Assembly: GCA_026026165.1 (NCBI GenBank)
Contig: JAPEUD010000037.1
Coordinates: 186,001-225,896, forward strand
DNA length: 39,896 nucleotides
Source of the DNA: Sarea resinae
Taxonomy: Eukaryota
Direction of reading: 5' to 3'
Shown here: one piece after another, positions 35,701 through 39,896 of the stretch
Position numbering within the stretch: position 1 is the stretch's first letter
Layout: each line of letters opens with the position of its first letter
Notes under the pieces: model-generated
Told to the model about the DNA's origin: nothing
Seen by the model: the letters and a program-made list of their open reading frames with translations, nothing else
The model's database searches: none
Made by a program: the position numbers and the translations under genes

Positions 35701-36618
35701 TCACATCAGACGCGAACCTTTGCGATCAGCATCCGTCCATCCATCCACCCATCCCCTCACCGATCAACATTGCTTTTCCGTTCTATTCGTATTCTTTTCG
35801 AACGCTTGCACACCTGCCTGCCTGCCTCAACGTGCGTCGTCTATCGCTCGCTCGCTCGCTCGCTCGCTCTACTCTCTAGCGAGCGTGCGAGAGACATGGC
35901 CGAAAAAGGAGTTTCACCTTCATTATCATCATGATCATCATGATCATCGTCGACATCCTGCAACCCCCAACGTTACTGCTAACCCCGACCAAGTCCCCCC
36001 AAACTGCACTGCACTTCCATGAATTTCTTGCTTGGTACCGACACCCTACGTATCTCACGTAGTACGAACTAGCATCCGATACGGAACTGCTAGAGTAATA
36101 ATGAGTGAGTAGTAGGTAGATAGACAGACGGACAGACGGGCTTCTCTCGCTATGCTCTGCTCTGCTCTGCTCCTCTCCGCTCGCACCCTCGTTTAGGGGC
36201 TTTTGCCTTCTGCAACGGTTATGGCGTTTTCTGATACCGCGGCTTTGGGAAACTCCTACTACCACAACAACTCTCGACGACAAGGTGGGGGCCCTGGGGC
36301 CGGGGGGCACGAATGAGGGGAGCACACCCGGGCCTGGCCCTTAATGGAGCACCCAAGACACGCGACCAGAAGCGATAATAATCACAATGATGATAATAAG
36401 GAATAATGATGGAACTCGTCTTTGCTTTTACTTTCGGTGGCCGTTCTTGCTACCTTACTGACCTACTCAGCTTGCGCTTGGGATTCCCGATGAGAGAAAA
36501 AGAGAGAGAGAGAGAGACAGCCAAGGACACACGGCAAGTAAGGTATGAAGGAAGCTTCGATTCGTTCGTAACTTCGTACGAATACAAGCCTGGGGCAGTG
36601 CTATGATTGGTAAGCGAC

Positions 36619-36646
36619 CGAGGACGAGGACGAGGACGAGGACGAG
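36619..36646. repeat. (CGAGGA)4+ microsatellite
   Basis: Read directly from the sequence. Confidence 0.9.
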
Positions 36647-36796
36647 AGACCAAACCCGACCTCCACGTCCTACTTGTCCCTCCCTCCAGGACTTGGTCTC
36701 CCCGTCCAATGGGAGAACGAGAGTCCCCTCCCCCGTTGGCCAGGCCAAAAGAAGCAAATGTACCAAGTACGCACAAAAGAAAATAAAAGTGGGTGC

Positions 36797-36822
36797 ACAG
36801 GACAGGACAGGACAGGACAGGA
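36797..36822. repeat. (ACAGG)5 microsatellite
   Basis: Read directly from the sequence. Confidence 0.9.
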
Positions 36823-38046
36823 TCAGGATCATCGGTTCCCACGCAACGCCGCATGCATGCAACATCTGATGATGCTATCTTTTCATCTCTGCTACGCCGC
36901 CGCCGCCATCGTCAGAGATCATACGCACGCCGCATCGCAGGTAGCCCGAGCTTCGCCAGACACGTTTTTTTCGCTGCCCAGGTATGTTCTTTTTTGGTTT
37001 TGTTTTTTTTCAGAACCTTGGGGTTTTCGGGTTTCGCGAAACCTTTTATTGTTTACTTTTCGTAGTCTGGCCCTGTGTATGGACGTGCTATGCATGTATG
37101 GCCTTGGGTTTGAGGTGTAACCAGAATCGTCCACTTGCTCCGTGGTTACATTTTCGCAACGGTCCACTGTGCCTGTCTGTCTCTCTGGGACTGCAGTGCG
37201 GTGCTTGCTTCCAATGCTTGCTGTTACTCAGGTCCGGGTGTTTTTGGGCTTTGATGCTTTTACTTTTTCTCTTCTGGTCATGACTATCGTGTCGTGAAGA
37301 CGAATGACTGGAACTCGGCACTGGAGTTAGTCCCTCGCGACTGCCGTTATCCGAGACGTCAAACAAGGGGCCTGCTTCGAGGAGGAGGAGTTGCCGTCGT
37401 CATGCATGCCCCGTAAGTAGGGGTAGCTATCTATCTGCCGGCCGTCTTGTGTCTCCTGGTTCGAGGGAAGATCTGAGTACCTCCTTGACATGGTGATATC
37501 GATGCGATCGCATGCAGCCCTTGGGCATGTAAGGGGGGTAGCAAGCAAGCCTGCAATTCAATCCATGTGTCGTGTAAACATCGCATGCGGCTACCCACTT
37601 GGTTCGGATTCACGGGGAGGCTCTCAGCACAACGCCGGCAAAATAGGGTAAAAACCCCACGAACGGGGCTTATCTCGAGATGGAGATGACAGCGAACTGC
37701 TGCATGATAAGAGCTCTGCCTCGGGGTCAACTTGCAAGCGGCCATATGAGCACATGGAGATAGACACAAGTTTTCGGCTTCGTTACACTCCCTAGGTGGC
37801 TTTTGATCTTCCCATACGCCGTAGGCGTACTCGTGAATCATCAGAACCATGCCAACTCTCCTCGAACGCCCAGAATACGGCCATACGAGCCTGGCAGCCT
37901 GAATACAGCACCAACCAAAAGGAAAACATGTTTAGAACGAGAAGAAGAGGGGCCTTTCAAAGCGTGGCTGAAGTGAAGACAAACTCAGACGGCGAATGTA
38001 AAATACCAAAACCAGTATGACAGCTATGACGCAATATCTCCGACCC

Positions 38047-38917
38047 TCACTTCCGCCCCTCGACCATGATGATATGGTATCCCTCGGTCGTCTTCGCCTC
38101 GCCCCATTTCGGACTCGCAACGGTGCTAGGTTGTAGCTCGTAGGCGACTTTCTCAAAGGCTTCGAGAAGACTCCCTTTGGTCTTCCATCCAAGCGAACCA
38201 CCTAGTTCCCACGCGCCATCAGAAAGCGACGATCAATGATGCTGATCATGTCACGAAAGGGGACATGCAGTAGTAGTACTAGTAGTGATAGAGGAGAAAA
38301 AAGAAGATGAAGAAGCAGAAGAAAAACCCCATCGGCACAAGATAGGTAGATAGATATGAGTAGAAATTCTGTAAAGCTAGATCGATGAACGTGATACGAT
38401 GCACACATACCTTGCCTAGCCTTATCCTCGGAGTATTCGCGGGCGACCTCGTCGAACTTGACGCCGTCGTTCAATTTCGCCAACGCCTCCTCTTTCTTCG
38501 AATGTTTCTCGCACTGTGCCACCGTCCCATCATGTCTTGTCAGCCAGCCAAGCCGCCTCGCCAGCTCACAAAAGACGATCAAGCACACGACCGAAAGCCG
38601 CGGCGTAAAGAAAAGAGAAAGAGAAGAGGTGAGAAGAACAGAGGTGAGGCCCTACAACCGCCGACAAGATACCGTAGGAGGAAAATGAAATTCCAAAAAA
38701 AACAACGGCATTTACTCACCAAGATATGTCTGACATTGATACTATTGCCCTTGAGCTTATTGTTACTATTGGCGTCCTTTTTCCCGTCGGCGGCCCCGCT
38801 GTCATTCTCGCCTTTCCCCTTTCCCTTTCCCTTGCCGCCCTTGCCGCCCTTCCCACTTTCACTCGCGCCGCCGCCGCCGCCTGCGTTCGCGGCGCTGTCT
38901 TTGCCCTTCTTGCCCAT
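38047..38917 (-). CDS. PIN4: Parvulin-type peptidyl-prolyl isomerase Pin4/Par14, 3 exons
   Basis: Exons 38917-38720, 38513-38411, 38201-38047. K/G-rich N-terminus, [34 protein letters not shown] and [11 protein letters not shown]. Confidence 0.95.
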
Positions 38918-38978
38918 TTGTTCGTCGCGTCGATGGATGTGGTGTGGATATGGATAGCGGCTGTGTCTTGTCCTCGGG

Positions 38979-39004
38979 CTGTCCTGTCCTGTCCTGTCCT
39001 GTCC
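38979..39004. repeat. (CTGTC)5 microsatellite upstream of PIN4
   Basis: Read directly from the sequence. Confidence 0.9.
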
Positions 39005-39401
39005 CGTTTTGTTTCGTTTTGAACAAAGAGCTGGAGCTGGAGATGTCGATGTCAGGTGGTGGTGATGTTTGGTAGTGGGGCAGCCTTTGCCTACCTACTG
39101 CCTACCACTTACTCCCATCCGTACCGTAGGTACTGCTTAAATCCAATCGCGGGGTGTGTCGGAGTTTGGACAAACGCCGACCTCCAGTAACCAGTAACTG
39201 TGCTGTACTCCGAGACTCTTTGTGCTGTAGCTTCGTACTGCGGTGCAGTATTCAACAACTCGTAACTCGGCCAGTTTGAACCGCAACCATCTCTACCTTA
39301 CCTTTACCCATTGATTGAAAGTTAAGTACTCTTCGGTATGCTATGAGCGGCATCACCTACATATTACAGGCAGATGGATTGAATTGGATTGAATAGAAGT
39401 C

Positions 39402-39896
39402 ATGGAAGAAGATACTGCTGAGCGGGGCCGAGCCTCGACAGCTGGTTCAGTAACAGCAGCAGCAGCAGCAGCAGCAGCAGCGGCAGGAACAGGAGCAACA
39501 GCAATAGCCAGTGATCAAACAGTCAAGTCTCTTCCTCCGACGACATATTACATCCCGAATTTCATCACAGAGGACGAGGAGGCGGGAATATTGAACAAGG
39601 TAAGGTAGCTAGCATTTGATATCAAGCATTTCATCTTCCAACTCCCTTTTCCAACTCCCTTTTCCGTTTCCTTTTCACTTTCCTTTTCCCTTTATTTCTC
39701 TCCCACGCAGGGCCTCTCCATCGAACCCAATCTCCTGCTCTCATTCCTCCATGTAAAAAAACTCACACCCCACTCTTCGGAAAAGATCAACACGGCGCCA
39801 CTGCCCCGCTGGACACACCTCACGCACCGCCGCCTGCAAACCTGGCCCTCGCAACTCACCGCATCCAACGTGCTGCTCTCGGCCCCTCTACCCTCC
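39402..39896 (+). CDS. AlkB-family 2OG-Fe(II) dioxygenase, ALKBH6-like; 5' part only, cut by the window end
   Basis: Exon 39402-39599 (poly-Ala from a GCA repeat; LPPTTYYIPNFITEDEE) and an exon from 39786 (INTAPLPRWTHLTHRRLQTWP). These resemble the ALKBH6 N-terminal motifs YxPxFIxxxEE and WxxLxxRRLQ. Confidence 0.75.

Noticed and set aside
31814..38020. Numerous 60-175 aa ORFs, and short tandem arrays as possible CRISPR or mobile-element parts
   Set aside because: The ORFs translate microsatellites. The arrays have no spacers, and there is no cas, transposase, RT or terminal-repeat evidence in this eukaryotic context.

Overview
Eukaryotic DNA from a filamentous ascomycete (Pezizomycotina-like: short GT-AG introns with CTRAY branch points, fungal gene set). 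It is gene-dense from 1 to about 31.5 kb, followed by a microsatellite-rich, apparently gene-free stretch of about 6.5 kb. I reconstructed spliced models by hand for 16 protein genes: TBC Rab-GAP, mitochondrial ABHD11/Eat1-like hydrolase, Nse3/MAGE, ankyrin protein, RPC11, SOH1/MED31, Pal1-like, Rad51-paralog-like, D-galactonate dehydratase-like, Vid24/GID4-like, Nnt1/Efm7-like methyltransferase, betaine lipid synthase BTA1, EFM4, an uncharacterised Cys/His + coiled-coil protein, parvulin PIN4 and a truncated ALKBH6-like gene. I recognised no tRNA, rRNA, transposon or CRISPR. The four most interesting signals are: (1) a hidden PTS1 (-YRKSSRL*) in frame behind the dehydratase stop codon; (2) a chain of stop/start-overlapping uORFs plus an AUG-less in-frame extension in the leader of the uncharacterised Cys/His protein; (3) a recurring intergenic TACG(G/A)AGTA motif; (4) rare GAG/AAG 3' splice sites. 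All family calls come from remembered motifs, not database searches.
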